A DNA stretch of 64,000 nucleotides. Origin: an uncultured Chloroflexia bacterium (GTDB lineage: Bacteria; Chloroflexota; Limnocylindria; QHBO01). The translations under genes and the position numbers were made by a program. This document shows, in pieces, positions 40,912 to 53,134 of this stretch; position 1 is the stretch's first letter, and every line of letters begins with the position of its first letter. The DNA lies in NCBI GenBank assembly GCA_963825525.1, contig CAWGTN010000002.1, forward strand, positions 1-64,000. The letters run 5' to 3'. The notes below the pieces were generated by a model. That model was not told the DNA's origin and searched no databases. It saw only the letters and a list, made by a program, of their open reading frames with translations.

Positions 40912-41565
40912 ATGACTGCGCCCATCCTCCTCCGAGCTGCGGACCTCATCGCCGAGCGGCCCGAGGGCACCACGGACGACATCCACTTCACCGAGGCGCT
41001 GGCCGCGTCGGTCATCGGCCATGCCAGCCGGCCTGGGGACCTGGTGCTCGACCCGTTTGCCGGCTACGGGACGACGTTGGCGGTGGCGGAGCGGTTGGGA
41101 CGCCGGTCGATCGGCATCGAGCTGGTGGCGGAGCATCTCGAGATCGCTCGTCGCAGGGTCGGCGCAGCCACACTGATCCTTGGTGATGCCCGCGAGCTGT
41201 CCCGCCTTGTGGATGAGCCGGTGGACCTCGTGCTGACCTCGCCGCCGTACATGACGGGCACGGACCACCGGGAAAACCCCCTGACCGGCTACGCGAGCAC
41301 CGATGGCGACTATCGCGGCTACCTGCAGGAGCTCGGCTCGATCTTCGAACAGGTCGCGACGCTGCTGCGGCCGGGAGGCCAGCTCGTGGTCAACGTGGCG
41401 AACGTGGTCGCCACCGACGGAAACGTGACGCCGTTGGCGGGCGACCTCGCCGGCATCATCGACGAGCACATTCCGCTGTTGGGCGTGACCACGCTGCGGT
41501 GGGACGAACCGCCGGCGGGTCTGGATGGCGACTATCTGCTCTGGTTCGCTCGACCGGGCGCCTGA
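40912..41565 (+). CDS. Small orphan amino-methyltransferase (N4-C/N6-A DNA MTase-like)
   Basis: Motif I VLDPFAGYGTT and motif IV TSPPY; no adjacent nuclease. Confidence 0.8.
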   Translation: MTAPILLRAADLIAERPEGTTDDIHFTEALAASVIGHASRPGDLVLDPFAGYGTTLAVAERLGRRSIGIELVAEHLEIARRRVGAATLILGDARELSRLVDEPVDLVLTSPPYMTGTDHRENPLTGYASTDGDYRGYLQELGSIFEQVATLLRPGGQLVVNVANVVATDGNVTPLAGDLAGIIDEHIPLLGVTTLRWDEPPAGLDGDYLLWFARPGA

Positions 41566-41592
41566 AGCCGACGAGCGACTCGAGGGCTCAAC

Positions 41593-41628
41593 GGAGCGCC
41601 ACCGGCCTCGATGCGCCGGTGGTGCTCC
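41593..41628. terminator. Hairpin between convergent genes
   Basis: GGAGCGCCACCGGC...GCCGGTGGTGCTCC. Confidence 0.6.
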
Positions 41629-41643
41629 TTGATTCCGGGGACG

Positions 41644-41979
41644 CTACATGAGGCCGACGATGTGGCCCTCCGGATCAGCGAACAGGGCGACGGTGGTCTC
41701 CGGTGCCACCTCGGTCAGCGGCATGATGATCTTGCCGCCGCGGGCCTCGACCCGACGCAGCGCCTCTGCGGCGTCATCGGCGGCAACGTAGAAGGTCACG
41801 TGGCCGGGCTGGCCCTCGGGCGCGGCCCCGAAGCCACCCGTCAGGTCGCCCTGGCGGACCATCCCGTATCCACCCGGGTTGTTGGTGTCGAGATCCCAGT
41901 CGAAGACCTCGCGATAGAACTTCTGGAGTGCGTCGCCGTCCTTGCCGACGACCTCGACGTGGACGATCTTGGCTGCCAT
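41644..41979 (-). CDS. VOC/glyoxalase family protein
   Basis: IVHVEV...FYREVFDW...VTFYV...FADPEGHIVGL. Confidence 0.9.
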   Translation of the reverse strand: MAAKIVHVEVVGKDGDALQKFYREVFDWDLDTNNPGGYGMVRQGDLTGGFGAAPEGQPGHVTFYVAADDAAEALRRVEARGGKIIMPLTEVAPETTVALFADPEGHIVGLM

Positions 41980-42128
41980 CGGGTGAGCTCCTCTCGGTTG
42001 TGGTGATGTTGTTCGTCTTCACCCATGCGACGTTCACACCGGCCCGATTTCGACACCCGAGGTCCACGTCTATACTTGCCGCCCGCGACAGCCATGCATC
42101 GTGCTGGCGCGCCCAGCCGAGGGAACCA

Positions 42129-42875
42129 TTGACCGCCGAATACCCCTACAACGGACGGCTGAGCCGATGGGAAGAGGTTGCACCGGGCCTCGCCATCGTC
42201 GGCGTGCAGTCGCTCGAGGAGCCCTTCCCGTTCCAGCCCGGCCAGTACGCCACGCTGGGGCTGATGGGACCGGAGAAGCTCATCCAGCGGCCGATGAGCA
42301 TCTCGTCCTCGGCCGATGACCTCACCGAGTACGAATTCTTCATCCGTCGCGTCGAGGTCGGGGGCCTGACGCCGATGCTCTGGGAGCGTTCCGTCGGCGA
42401 CCCGATCAACATCAAGGGGCCGAAGGGCAAGTTCCTGCTCCAGGACGACGGCCGAACATGCCTCTTCGTCGCATCGGGAACCGGCCTGGCGCCGTTCATG
42501 AGCATGATCGACACGTTGCGTGCGCGCGGTCAGAGCCGCGACATCGTCCTGCTGCACGGAGTCAGCTACGACTACGACCTCGCCTGGCGCGAGGAGCTCT
42601 CCGAGCTGGCGAACGGCGATGGCTTCCCGCTCCGCTACGTCGGCACGGTCTCGAGGCCCAAGGGATCACCGGACTGGAAGGGGGCAACGGGCCGGGTGGA
42701 GGCCATCGTGTCCGAGCAGCTGGACGTCCAGGACCTGACGGCCGACAACACGACGATCTACCTGTGCGGCAACCCGGACATGGTGAGCGCCGTCGAGGAG
42801 ATCGCCATCGCGCGCGGCTTCGCACCGGAGCAGGTGCGCAAGGAGCTCTACTGGCCCAAGGGCCGGCAGCACTGA
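42129..42875 (+). CDS. fpr: Ferredoxin/flavodoxin-NADP+ reductase
   Basis: FQPGQY, RPMSISS, ASGTGLAPF, YLCGNPDM, ELYW. Confidence 0.85.
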   Translation: MTAEYPYNGRLSRWEEVAPGLAIVGVQSLEEPFPFQPGQYATLGLMGPEKLIQRPMSISSSADDLTEYEFFIRRVEVGGLTPMLWERSVGDPINIKGPKGKFLLQDDGRTCLFVASGTGLAPFMSMIDTLRARGQSRDIVLLHGVSYDYDLAWREELSELANGDGFPLRYVGTVSRPKGSPDWKGATGRVEAIVSEQLDVQDLTADNTTIYLCGNPDMVSAVEEIAIARGFAPEQVRKELYWPKGRQH

Positions 42876-42883
42876 ACGTCGCC

Positions 42884-44450
42884 ATGACCGAACGCTTCTA
42901 CCTCACCACCGCGATCTTCTATCCGAGCGAGCGCCCGGCGCTGCACTCGATGTTCGAGGCGATCGGCGCGGATGCCATCGCCCGCTACTCGCGCCTGATG
43001 GGGCGTGACACGCGATTTCTGACCGGCATGGATGAGCACTCGGCCAACGTCGAGCGCGACGCCCGCGAGCGGGGGATCGACCCGCACGATCTCATCGACC
43101 CGTGGGCTGCCACCTGGCAGGAGACATTCGCGCGGTTCGGGATCAGCGCCGACCGGTTCATCCGGACGACGGATGCCGATCACGCGGTGGCATCGGTCGA
43201 GATGGTCCGGCGCGCACAGGCCGCCGGCGACGTCTACGAGGGCACGTATTCGGGCTGGTACTGCACCGGCTGCAACGAGTTCAAGACCGACCAGCAGCTG
43301 GTCAACGGCCGCTGCCCCGACCACCCGACGCTCGACCCGCAATGGTTGGAGGAGAACAACTACTTCTTCCGGCTCAGCGCGTACCAGCAACGGCTGGAGC
43401 AGCTCTATGCCGACAATCCGTCCTTCTGCGAGCCGGAGCACTTCCGCAACGAGGTGCTCGGCTGGCTGCGCGAAGGTCTGCGCGACTTCAGCATCAGCCG
43501 ATCCGGCACCGAGTGGGGCATCCCGTTCCCCGGCGACGAGAAGCACCGGATCTACGTGTGGTTCGACGCCCTGACGAACTACCTGACCGGCGCCGGATTC
43601 ATGAGCAACGACGGGGAGTTCGCGAAGTGGTGGCCGGCGGACCTCCACGTCATCGGCAAGAACATCACGCGCTTCCACTGCCTGTACTGGCCGGCCATGC
43701 TCATGAGCGCCGGCCTGCCCCTGCCGACCCAGGTCTTCGCGCACGGGTTCATGCTCGACCGCGGCGGGCAGCGCATGAGCAAGACGACCGGCAACACCCA
43801 GGATCCCGACGCCGTCGCCGATACGTTCGGCGTGGACGGCGTGCGCTACGTGGTCCTTCGCGAGGTGCCCTTCGATCGGGACGCGGACGTGACCTACGAC
43901 GGCTTCGTGCGGCGCTACAACGCCGACCTGGCGAACGACCTCGGAAACCTGGTGAATCGGACGGTCAGCATGAGCACGCGCTACCTCGAGGGCCGGCTTC
44001 CGCCCGTGGCCGATGCGGATCAGCCGGCCGATCTCGAGATCCGTGATGCGGTCGCCCGCACCGTTGCTGCCTACCACGCCGCCATGGACCGACGCCACCT
44101 CGACGAGGCGCTGGCAGCCCTCATGGAGCTTGCCGGCGCAGTCAATGGGTACGCGGAGGGACAGGCGCCCTGGTCGCTCAACAAAGCGGGGGAGAGCGCC
44201 CGCGTCGGCCAGGTGCTGGCCGTGATGGCCGAGGCGTGTCGGGCTCTCGGCCACCTGCTGGCGCCCTTCGCCCCGACCGGCGCCCGGGCAGATCCTCGAA
44301 CAGGTCGGGGCGGACATCCCGTACGACGACCGCGGAGCCGGCGGCCCGGGCCTCCCTGCGCTGCTCGAGTGGGGCGCATCGGCGGGCGGCCTCACCACGG
44401 GTACGGCCAGTCCGATCTTCCCGCGCATCGACACGGAGGCGGCGGGCTGA
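42884..44450 (+). CDS. metG: Methionyl-tRNA synthetase (frameshift near 44285; atypical HIGH motif)
   Basis: FLTGMDEH, FIRTTD, CTGC..CPDH knuckle, YVWFDALTNY, IGKNITRFH, RMSKT, LANDLGNLVNR. Confidence 0.93.
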
Positions 44451-45250
44451 GCCGAAGACGACGGCCTGAACGGCTTCCCGGCCTGGTCGACTCGCACTGT
44501 CATCTCCAGCATGCGCAGTTCGACTCCGACCGCGGTGCCGTGCTCGAACGGGCGGCCGATGCGGGCATCGAGCGCATCCTGGTCCCCGGGTGGGACATCG
44601 CATCATCCGAGCGAGCACTGGAGCTGGCGCGGCATCACGGCCCGCTGGTCCAGGCCGCGGTGGGTGTCCATCCCCACGACGCCGGGCAGATGGACGAAGC
44701 GCAATGGCGCCGGTTGGAGCAACTGGTCGCCGACCCGGGGTGCTCCGCGGTCGGCGAGATCGGCCTCGATTTTCATCGCAACCTGTCCTCGCCCGAGTCC
44801 CAGGAGGAGGCGTTCGTTCGCCAGCTGGACCTCGCCGCTGCGGCGGGGCGTCCGGTGCTCGTCCATGACCGAGAAGCTCACGCGGAAGTCACACGCGCGC
44901 TGCTGGCATGGCACGGCCGGACGCCGGGATCCGCGCGTGGGGCGCTTCATGCGTTCTCAGGCGATGCGAGCATGGCCCTCGAGCTGGTCGCGGCCGGCTA
45001 CCTGATCAGCTTCGCGTTGCCGGTCAGCTTCCGCCGGGCGGCGGGCCCGCGCGCCGCCGCGGCCGAGATCCCCTCAGGCTCCTTCCTGGTCGAGACCGAC
45101 GGCCCGTACCTCGGTCCAGACCGGGAGGCGCGCAACGAGCCGACGACGGCACTGCGCGTGGCCGCCGAGCTGGCGGAGCTGCGGGGCGTGACGCCGGATG
45201 TCATCACGCGCGAGGTTCGGGAGGCATACGACCGCTTGATCGTCCGATGA
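44447..45250 (+). CDS. tatD: TatD-family hydrolase (start uncertain, possibly CTG overlapping the metG stop)
   Basis: DSHCHL, GVHPH, VGEIGLDF, VHDREA, LHAFSG, VETDGPYL. Confidence 0.92.
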   Translation: MSRRRRPERLPGLVDSHCHLQHAQFDSDRGAVLERAADAGIERILVPGWDIASSERALELARHHGPLVQAAVGVHPHDAGQMDEAQWRRLEQLVADPGCSAVGEIGLDFHRNLSSPESQEEAFVRQLDLAAAAGRPVLVHDREAHAEVTRALLAWHGRTPGSARGALHAFSGDASMALELVAAGYLISFALPVSFRRAAGPRAAAAEIPSGSFLVETDGPYLGPDREARNEPTTALRVAAELAELRGVTPDVITREVREAYDRLIVR

Positions 45251-45361
45251 TCCATCGGTCGACCGCCCGACGGACGGGGGTTTGGCACGCGGGTTGCTCA
45301 GAGGAAGGTCGGCGGTGAAGGCCGCCTGCACGAATGGCATCGAAGGAGGAGGACCCACCCG

Positions 45362-45589
45362 ATGGGCCAGGTCAACGTCAACACCCCAGGCGGAGGCACC
45401 GCGGGCGAGCCCGCCGGCAGCAGCGGCGCCGGCTTCATCCTGGGAATCATCATCGCGATCATCGTGATCGCCGTGCTCGTCTATGTGCTGGTGCTGTCAC
45501 CCGGGAACAACGGCGGTGGTGACAACGGCGGCGACAACGGTGGCGGAGACCCGGTGCCGAGTGCACTGGTCGTCAGGCACCTCGCCTGA
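45362..45589 (+). CDS. Small single-pass membrane protein
   Basis: AGGAGGA RBS; TM GFILGIIIAIIVIAVLVYVLV; GGDN repeats; terminator follows. Confidence 0.75.
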   Translation: MGQVNVNTPGGGTAGEPAGSSGAGFILGIIIAIIVIAVLVYVLVLSPGNNGGGDNGGDNGGGDPVPSALVVRHLA

Positions 45590-45605
45590 TCGCCTCCTCC
45601 GACGG

Positions 45606-45634
45606 AACGCCCCGACATCGCGTCGGGGCGTTTC
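45606..45634 (+). terminator. Intrinsic terminator
   Basis: AACGCCCCGAC-ATCGC-GTCGGGGCGTT followed by TC. Confidence 0.7.
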
Positions 45635-45650
45635 TCATGCCCGGCCATTG

Positions 45651-45712
45651 TTGACATCCGCGTTGATGCGGTGCTACCTTGCCACTTAGCACTCTCGTAG
45701 GTTGAGTGCCAG
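45651..45712 (+). promoter_or_regulatory. Sigma70-type promoter and CIRCE (HrcA operator) of groESL
   Basis: TTGACA(45651)-18 nt-TACCTT(45675); TTAGCACTC-N9-GAGTGCCAG at 45686-45712. Confidence 0.9.
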
Positions 45713-45809
45713 TCCTCCGGTCGCATCGGCCGCGCTGGCACTCCCGCGAAGGGCATCACAGACGCACAAATGCGCATCGGTTCCGCACGCTAGGAGGCAC
45801 TACGCACAC

Positions 45810-47820
<2,011 letters not shown>

Positions 47821-47841
47821 TCCAACCCCAGCAACCTCGAG

Positions 47842-47874
47842 ACGAGCCCCGGCTTCGGCCGGGGCTCGTTGCTT
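47842..47874 (+). terminator. Intrinsic terminator after groEL
   Basis: ACGAGCCCCGGC-TTCG-GCCGGGGCTCGT followed by TGCTT. Confidence 0.8.
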
Positions 47875-47979
47875 GCCCGGTCAACCGAGGAAGGCATCGC
47901 GGCCGATCGGCCGACGCGCCGCATGTTGATGCGCCGTACACTGCCCGCGATCAGGCATCCAGGGGAGCAGGAGGATTCG

Positions 47980-50019
47980 ATGGCAGATCGGATGCGCGTG
48001 CGGGGACTGCTGCTGGCGCTGAGCCTCGCCGTTGCGGCGGGAATGGCACCGGGCGAGGCGCAGGCCGCGGCGCCGACGACGAAGACGGCCCAGATTGCGG
48101 CGGGCCTCGTCATTCCCTGGGATGTGGCCTTCGCCCCTGACGGGCAGATGTTCGTGACCGAGCGCCCGGGCAGGATCCGTGTGTACTCCAGCGGCGCCAT
48201 CGGCGCCAAGCTCGTGAGGACCATCTCGGTCCCCTCGGTCCGCGCCGAGGGCGAGTCGGGCCTGATGGGTATCGCGGTCGACATCGACTACGCGTCGAAT
48301 CGGTACGTCTACGTCTGTGCGTCGCGCCAGACGTCGGGCGGGTGGTTGAACCAGGTGCTCCGCTATCGCGTCGCCTCCAACGGCAGCTGGGGTGGCCTCA
48401 CCGTGATCCTGAGCGGCATGGTGGCGAGCTCGATCCACAACGGGTGTGCGCTGGAGATGGATCGCTTCGCGAAGCTGTGGGTGAGCATGGGAGATGCCGG
48501 GGTTCCGTCCCGCGCCCAGACTCGCAACAGCCTCAACGGAAAGGTTTTGCGGGTCAACCGCAACGGAAGCGTGCCCTCCGACAATCCGGTCATCTCCGGC
48601 ACGAGGAACGCCGTCTATTCGATGGGCCACCGCAACGTCCAGGGCATCGCGATCCGACCGGGCACGGACCAGGTGTACGTGTCCGACCATGGACCGGACG
48701 TCAACGACGAGATCAATCTGCTCGTGCCGGGTGGGAACTACGGATGGCCGTGTTACACGGGAGCGTCGACGCCGAACTTCACGACCGGCTGTGGGGCGGC
48801 CTCGAGCTATCGTGCACCGCTGTGGGAATCGGGTGGGTCGACCATCGCCACGTCGGGCGCGACGTTCGTGGGTGGCACCCAGTGGGGTGACCACCGGGGA
48901 CACCTGTTCGTCAGCACCCTGAAGGAGCGGGATGTCCGTCGCTTCTCGATCAACGACGCCGGCACCGCGCTCGGAGGCCCAGCGCTCCACTTCGACAACG
49001 CGTGGGGTCGACTGCGTGCCATGGTGGCGGGTCCCGGCGATCAGCTGTACGTCACGACATCAAGCGGCAGCAATGACCGGGTGATTCGCATCAGCCCGGC
49101 CGAACCCGCCGTGTCGCGGGTGGCAGGCTCGGATCGCTTCGCCACGGCGGCGGCCCTCAGCAAGAACGCCTTCCCGGGGGGTTCCAGCCTCGTCTACGTC
49201 GCCACCGGAAACGACTTCCCCGATGCCCTGGCGGGCGGGGCGGCGGCCGGGTACCTGGGGGTCCCGGTCCTGCTGGTCCAGAAGACCAGCATTCCGGCTG
49301 CCACGAGAACGGAGCTCGATCGGCTCAATCCATCAAGGATCGTCGTCCTCGGGGGTGTCGGCGTGATCGCCGAGAATGTGCGGAGCGCGCTCGTCCCGTA
49401 CGCGTCGAGCGGCGACGTCTCGCGCCTGGCGGGCGCAGACAGGTATGCGACCGCGGCGGCCATCAGCGCCGCGAACTACGCACCCGGCGTGAAGGCTGCC
49501 TTCATCGCCACCGGCAGCGGGTTCGCCGATGCGCTGGCGGGCGCGCCGGCCGCCGCCCTCAACGACTCGCCGATGCTGCTCGTCTCCCAGGCCGCCATTC
49601 CCACCTCGACCCGGGACGAGCTCATCCGCCTCAAGCCGCAGAGGATCTACGTGCTCGGCGGTGGGGCTTCGATCAGCTCGGCCGTGGCATCGGCGCTGAA
49701 TGGCTACACGGCCGGATCGGTGACTCGGCTCTCGGGAAATGATCGCTACGGCACCGGGGCGGCCATCGTTCGGCAGTTCTGGACCAAGACTCGCGGGTAC
49801 GTGGCCACGGGGGTGTCATTCGTCGACGCGCTGGCAGGCGGTGCCATCGCGGGCAAGGAGAGCGTCCCGGTCCTGCTGGTCGCCGGCACGTTCGTGCCGC
49901 TGGAGACGGGCCAGGAAGTCCTGCGCATCGGCGCGTTCCGTCTGACGGTCATCGGCGGCACGGCATCGGTATCGAGCGGCGCGGCGAATCGGCTCAAGAT
50001 CCTGATGGGCGCGCCGTAG
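47980..50019 (+). CDS. Secreted PQQ-dependent sugar dehydrogenase (GSDH family) fused to three CWB2 repeats
   Basis: PWDVAFAPDG, TERPG, HNG, GHRNVQG, DEIN...GGNYGWP; then GSDRFATA/GADRYATA/GNDRYGTG with (P/A/V)DAL. Confidence 0.88.
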   Translation: MADRMRVRGLLLALSLAVAAGMAPGEAQAAAPTTKTAQIAAGLVIPWDVAFAPDGQMFVTERPGRIRVYSSGAIGAKLVRTISVPSVRAEGESGLMGIAVDIDYASNRYVYVCASRQTSGGWLNQVLRYRVASNGSWGGLTVILSGMVASSIHNGCALEMDRFAKLWVSMGDAGVPSRAQTRNSLNGKVLRVNRNGSVPSDNPVISGTRNAVYSMGHRNVQGIAIRPGTDQVYVSDHGPDVNDEINLLVPGGNYGWPCYTGASTPNFTTGCGAASSYRAPLWESGGSTIATSGATFVGGTQWGDHRGHLFVSTLKERDVRRFSINDAGTALGGPALHFDNAWGRLRAMVAGPGDQLYVTTSSGSNDRVIRISPAEPAVSRVAGSDRFATAAALSKNAFPGGSSLVYVATGNDFPDALAGGAAAGYLGVPVLLVQKTSIPAATRTELDRLNPSRIVVLGGVGVIAENVRSALVPYASSGDVSRLAGADRYATAAAISAANYAPGVKAAFIATGSGFADALAGAPAAALNDSPMLLVSQAAIPTSTRDELIRLKPQRIYVLGGGASISSAVASALNGYTAGSVTRLSGNDRYGTGAAIVRQFWTKTRGYVATGVSFVDALAGGAIAGKESVPVLLVAGTFVPLETGQEVLRIGAFRLTVIGGTASVSSGAANRLKILMGAP

Positions 50020-50107
50020 CGGTTTTGTCCATTCGGGCGAAGCTTCGACGTCGATTCCGTGCACGGCCGATCCGAGCCGTGTCGGGAGCAGATGGAGGAA
50101 GTGAGCC

Positions 50108-50476
50108 ATGCGGTACGTGATCTTTACCTACGTCCACGAGGACGATGCCGCGACATGGGAAGCGCAGTCCCCCGAGGAGCAAGCGACCGACGTGGAGCGT
50201 CATCGCCGCTGGTTCGGCCAGTGGCACGAGCAGGTCAAGGGCGGTGAAGAGCTCGACGCACCGCGGCTGGTCAAGACGTTGCGGCCGGGCCGCCAGGGCG
50301 AGGGGATCACGGTCACCGACGGCCCGTTCATCGAGGCCAAGGAGTTTCTGGGGGGATTCATCGTGGTCGAGGCGGATTCGATGGAGGATGCCGTCGAGAT
50401 GGCCCGGGGATGGCCGTCCCTCGCGAGCCAGCCGAACGCGGTCGTGCAGGTTCAGCCGGTGTACGTTCGAGACTGA
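50108..50476 (+). CDS. YciI/DGPF-domain protein
   Basis: TDGPFIEAKEFLGGF. Confidence 0.9.
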   Translation: MRYVIFTYVHEDDAATWEAQSPEEQATDVERHRRWFGQWHEQVKGGEELDAPRLVKTLRPGRQGEGITVTDGPFIEAKEFLGGFIVVEADSMEDAVEMARGWPSLASQPNAVVQVQPVYVRD

Positions 50477-50665
50477 GCGCGGCACGCGAAATGCATTGGG
50501 GGTACGCATGGAAGTCATCGCCGTCCTGATCGTGTTCGCGGTCGGCATCAGCCTCGAGCGGGCCCGCAACGCCCCGGCACCGGTTCGCGTTCGAAGGCGC
50601 GATCGCTAGCGACACCCGCCGGGGCATCCCAGCGCAGCCGCTGAGCCACCCCTAGAATCGGGCTG

Positions 50666-53134
50666 ATGCCCGACACCGCCGCCGCACGCGATCCACGCCT
50701 CTCTCCCCAGGAGATCCTGGGGCGCCTGAACGAGCCCCAACGAGCGGCTGTCGGCCACCTGTCAGGCCCGCTCCTGATCCTGGCGGGGGCGGGGAGTGGC
50801 AAGACCCGCGTCCTCGCGCACCGCGTCGCGTTCCTCATCGCGTCCGGCTTCAAGCCGTGGCAGATCGTTGCCGTCACGTTCACCAACAAGGCAGCCGGCG
50901 AGATGCGTGAGCGAATCGCCGGGCTCATCGGCGAGGAATCGGCCCGCGAGGCCGCCATCGGCACGTTCCATTCGCTGTGCGCGCGAATCCTGCGGCGGGA
51001 CGGCGAGGCCATCGGGCTCACCCGAAGCTTCACGATCTACGATCGCGCCGACCAGGTGGCGCTGGTGAAGTCGATCCTGCGCCGGCTGGACCTCGACGAG
51101 AAGCGCTTCAGCCCCGCCGGCATGCTGGCCTGGATCGGCCAGCGCAAGGACGAGCTCGCGGACGTTGCGACCGCGACGCGCCAGGCCGCGAACTACTTCG
51201 ACGAGACGGCGGCCAGGGTGTACGAGGCGTACCAGCGGCAGCTGGGAGAGGACGGGGCGGTCGACTTCGACGATCTGCTCATGCGGACGGTCTTCCTGTT
51301 CGAGCAGCATCCCGACGTCCTGGCCCGCTACCAGGGCCGCTGGCAGCAGATCAACGTCGACGAGTACCAGGACACCAACCGCGCGCAGTACCTCCTCTGC
51401 CGGCACCTGGCGGCCAAGCACCGCAACCTCGCCGTGGTGGGTGACGACGACCAGAGCATCTACTCGTGGCGCGGCGCCGACCTGCGCAACATCCTGGACT
51501 TCGAGGCGGACTACCCCGACGCGACGGTCGTGAAGCTGGAGCAGAACTACCGGTCCACCCAGACGATCCTCGATGCGGCGCACGCCGTGGTCAGCCGGAA
51601 CTCCGGCCGCAAGGACAAGCGCCTGTGGACCGATCGCGGAACCGGCGCCCAGATCACCCTGTTCGACGCCTACAACGAGTACGAGGAGGCCGAGTTCGTC
51701 GCCCGCCAGGTCGAGAAGCTCGTCGGAGGCGCGGGCCGCGGGTCCATGGCCCGGCTGCTCACCAGCCGCGCGGACGACGAGGATGGTTCCCTGCGCTACG
51801 GCGACATCGCGATCGGCTACCGCATCAACGCCCAGAGCCGCGTGATCGAGGAGTCGCTCATGCGATTCGGAATCCCGTACCAGCTGGTGGGAGGGACGCG
51901 GTTCTACGAGCGCCGCGAGGTCAAGGACGCGCTCGGCTACGTGCGGCTGGCTCGAAATCCGGCGGACCGCGTGGCACTGGCGCGAATCATCAACGTGCCC
52001 GCGCGCGGGATCGGGGCCAAGACGGTCGAGGAGATCGGCGCCTGGTCGGAGTCGCGGGGAGTCACCATGTTCGAGGCCGTCACGCAGGCCGCCGAAAACC
52101 CGAATCTCGCGCCCCGCGCCCGCGCCCAGCTGGCCGTCTTCACCGAGCTGATGCGCGGGCTGATGGAGATGGCGGCAAGCGAGCCACCGTCGGCGATCTT
52201 CGATGCCGCCCTCGAGCGTTCCGGGCTCCAGGCGGTCATCCAGGACGGCACGGACGAGGGCGAGGAGCGCTGGGCGAACCTCACCGAGCTGCGGAACCAC
52301 GCGGCCGAGTTCGACGAGATCGCGGCGCCCGAGGGGCTGGCCCGCTTCCTCGAGGAGGTGGCCCTCGTCAGCGACCAGGACGAGCTCGACGAGGCTCCGG
52401 ACCGCGTCACGCTGATCACCCTCCACGCCGCCAAGGGCCTCGAGTTTCCCGTGGTGTTCATGGTCGGCATGGAAGAGGGACTGCTTCCGCATCGTCGCGC
52501 GCTCGAGGACGAGCGCGAGCTCGAGGAGGAGCGGCGGCTGGCGTACGTGGGGATGACCCGGGCGAAGGATCGGCTGTACCTCGTGCACGCGCACCACCGC
52601 TCGACGTACGGCGTCGGCGCACAGTCGGATCCGTCCCGTTTCCTGGCTGAGCTGCCCGAGGAGCTGCTGGCGGCCGAGCGCAGCGCCGCCCCGTTCCGCC
52701 GTGGAGGAGACTGGCCTCGCGGGACCGATGACGGCGGTTGGCAACCCAGCGGCTATCGCTCGCCAACGCGGCGAGTGCAGGAGCCGCTGCGCCCGATCTC
52801 TCTCCCGGACCTCGCGGGCCCGTCGCAGCCGCGACCGGTTGGACGCCGTCTGGATGCCGCGCGCGAGCGGGTTGCGTCGGCCAGCTACCAGGGCGCGGGC
52901 GCCGTCGATCTCGGAAGCGGAACGTTCTCCGCGCCGGGAGCGGGCGACGCGCTGGGCGCCGAGGAGGATCCGGCGTGGCGCGCCGGCGATCGCGTGCGCC
53001 ACCGGCGCTTCGGCGACGGGATCGTGGTCAGCAGCCGGATCGTGAAGGGCGACGAGGAGGTCACCGTGGCGTTCGTGGGTGAGGGAGTGAAGCGTCTGAT
53101 TGCCGCCTATGCCGGGCTGGAGCGGGTGAGCTGA
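50666..53134 (+). CDS. pcrA: ATP-dependent DNA helicase PcrA/UvrD
   Basis: AGAGSGKT, TFTNKAA, VDEYQDTN, GDDDQSIY, LEQNYRST, TLHAAKGLEF, YVGMTRA; C-terminal RVRHRRFGDG domain. Confidence 0.96.
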   Translation: MPDTAAARDPRLSPQEILGRLNEPQRAAVGHLSGPLLILAGAGSGKTRVLAHRVAFLIASGFKPWQIVAVTFTNKAAGEMRERIAGLIGEESAREAAIGTFHSLCARILRRDGEAIGLTRSFTIYDRADQVALVKSILRRLDLDEKRFSPAGMLAWIGQRKDELADVATATRQAANYFDETAARVYEAYQRQLGEDGAVDFDDLLMRTVFLFEQHPDVLARYQGRWQQINVDEYQDTNRAQYLLCRHLAAKHRNLAVVGDDDQSIYSWRGADLRNILDFEADYPDATVVKLEQNYRSTQTILDAAHAVVSRNSGRKDKRLWTDRGTGAQITLFDAYNEYEEAEFVARQVEKLVGGAGRGSMARLLTSRADDEDGSLRYGDIAIGYRINAQSRVIEESLMRFGIPYQLVGGTRFYERREVKDALGYVRLARNPADRVALARIINVPARGIGAKTVEEIGAWSESRGVTMFEAVTQAAENPNLAPRARAQLAVFTELMRGLMEMAASEPPSAIFDAALERSGLQAVIQDGTDEGEERWANLTELRNHAAEFDEIAAPEGLARFLEEVALVSDQDELDEAPDRVTLITLHAAKGLEFPVVFMVGMEEGLLPHRRALEDERELEEERRLAYVGMTRAKDRLYLVHAHHRSTYGVGAQSDPSRFLAELPEELLAAERSAAPFRRGGDWPRGTDDGGWQPSGYRSPTRRVQEPLRPISLPDLAGPSQPRPVGRRLDAARERVASASYQGAGAVDLGSGTFSAPGAGDALGAEEDPAWRAGDRVRHRRFGDGIVVSSRIVKGDEEVTVAFVGEGVKRLIAAYAGLERVS

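Noticed and set aside
42458-45250. 930-aa MetG-TatD fusion ORF
   Set aside because: A frameshift near 44285 moves the metG C-terminus, which ends at TGA 44448-44450, into another frame.
45511-45550. GGCGGCGACAAC-type tandem repeats
   Set aside because: Simple coding repeat (GGDN) in the low-complexity tail of a small protein.
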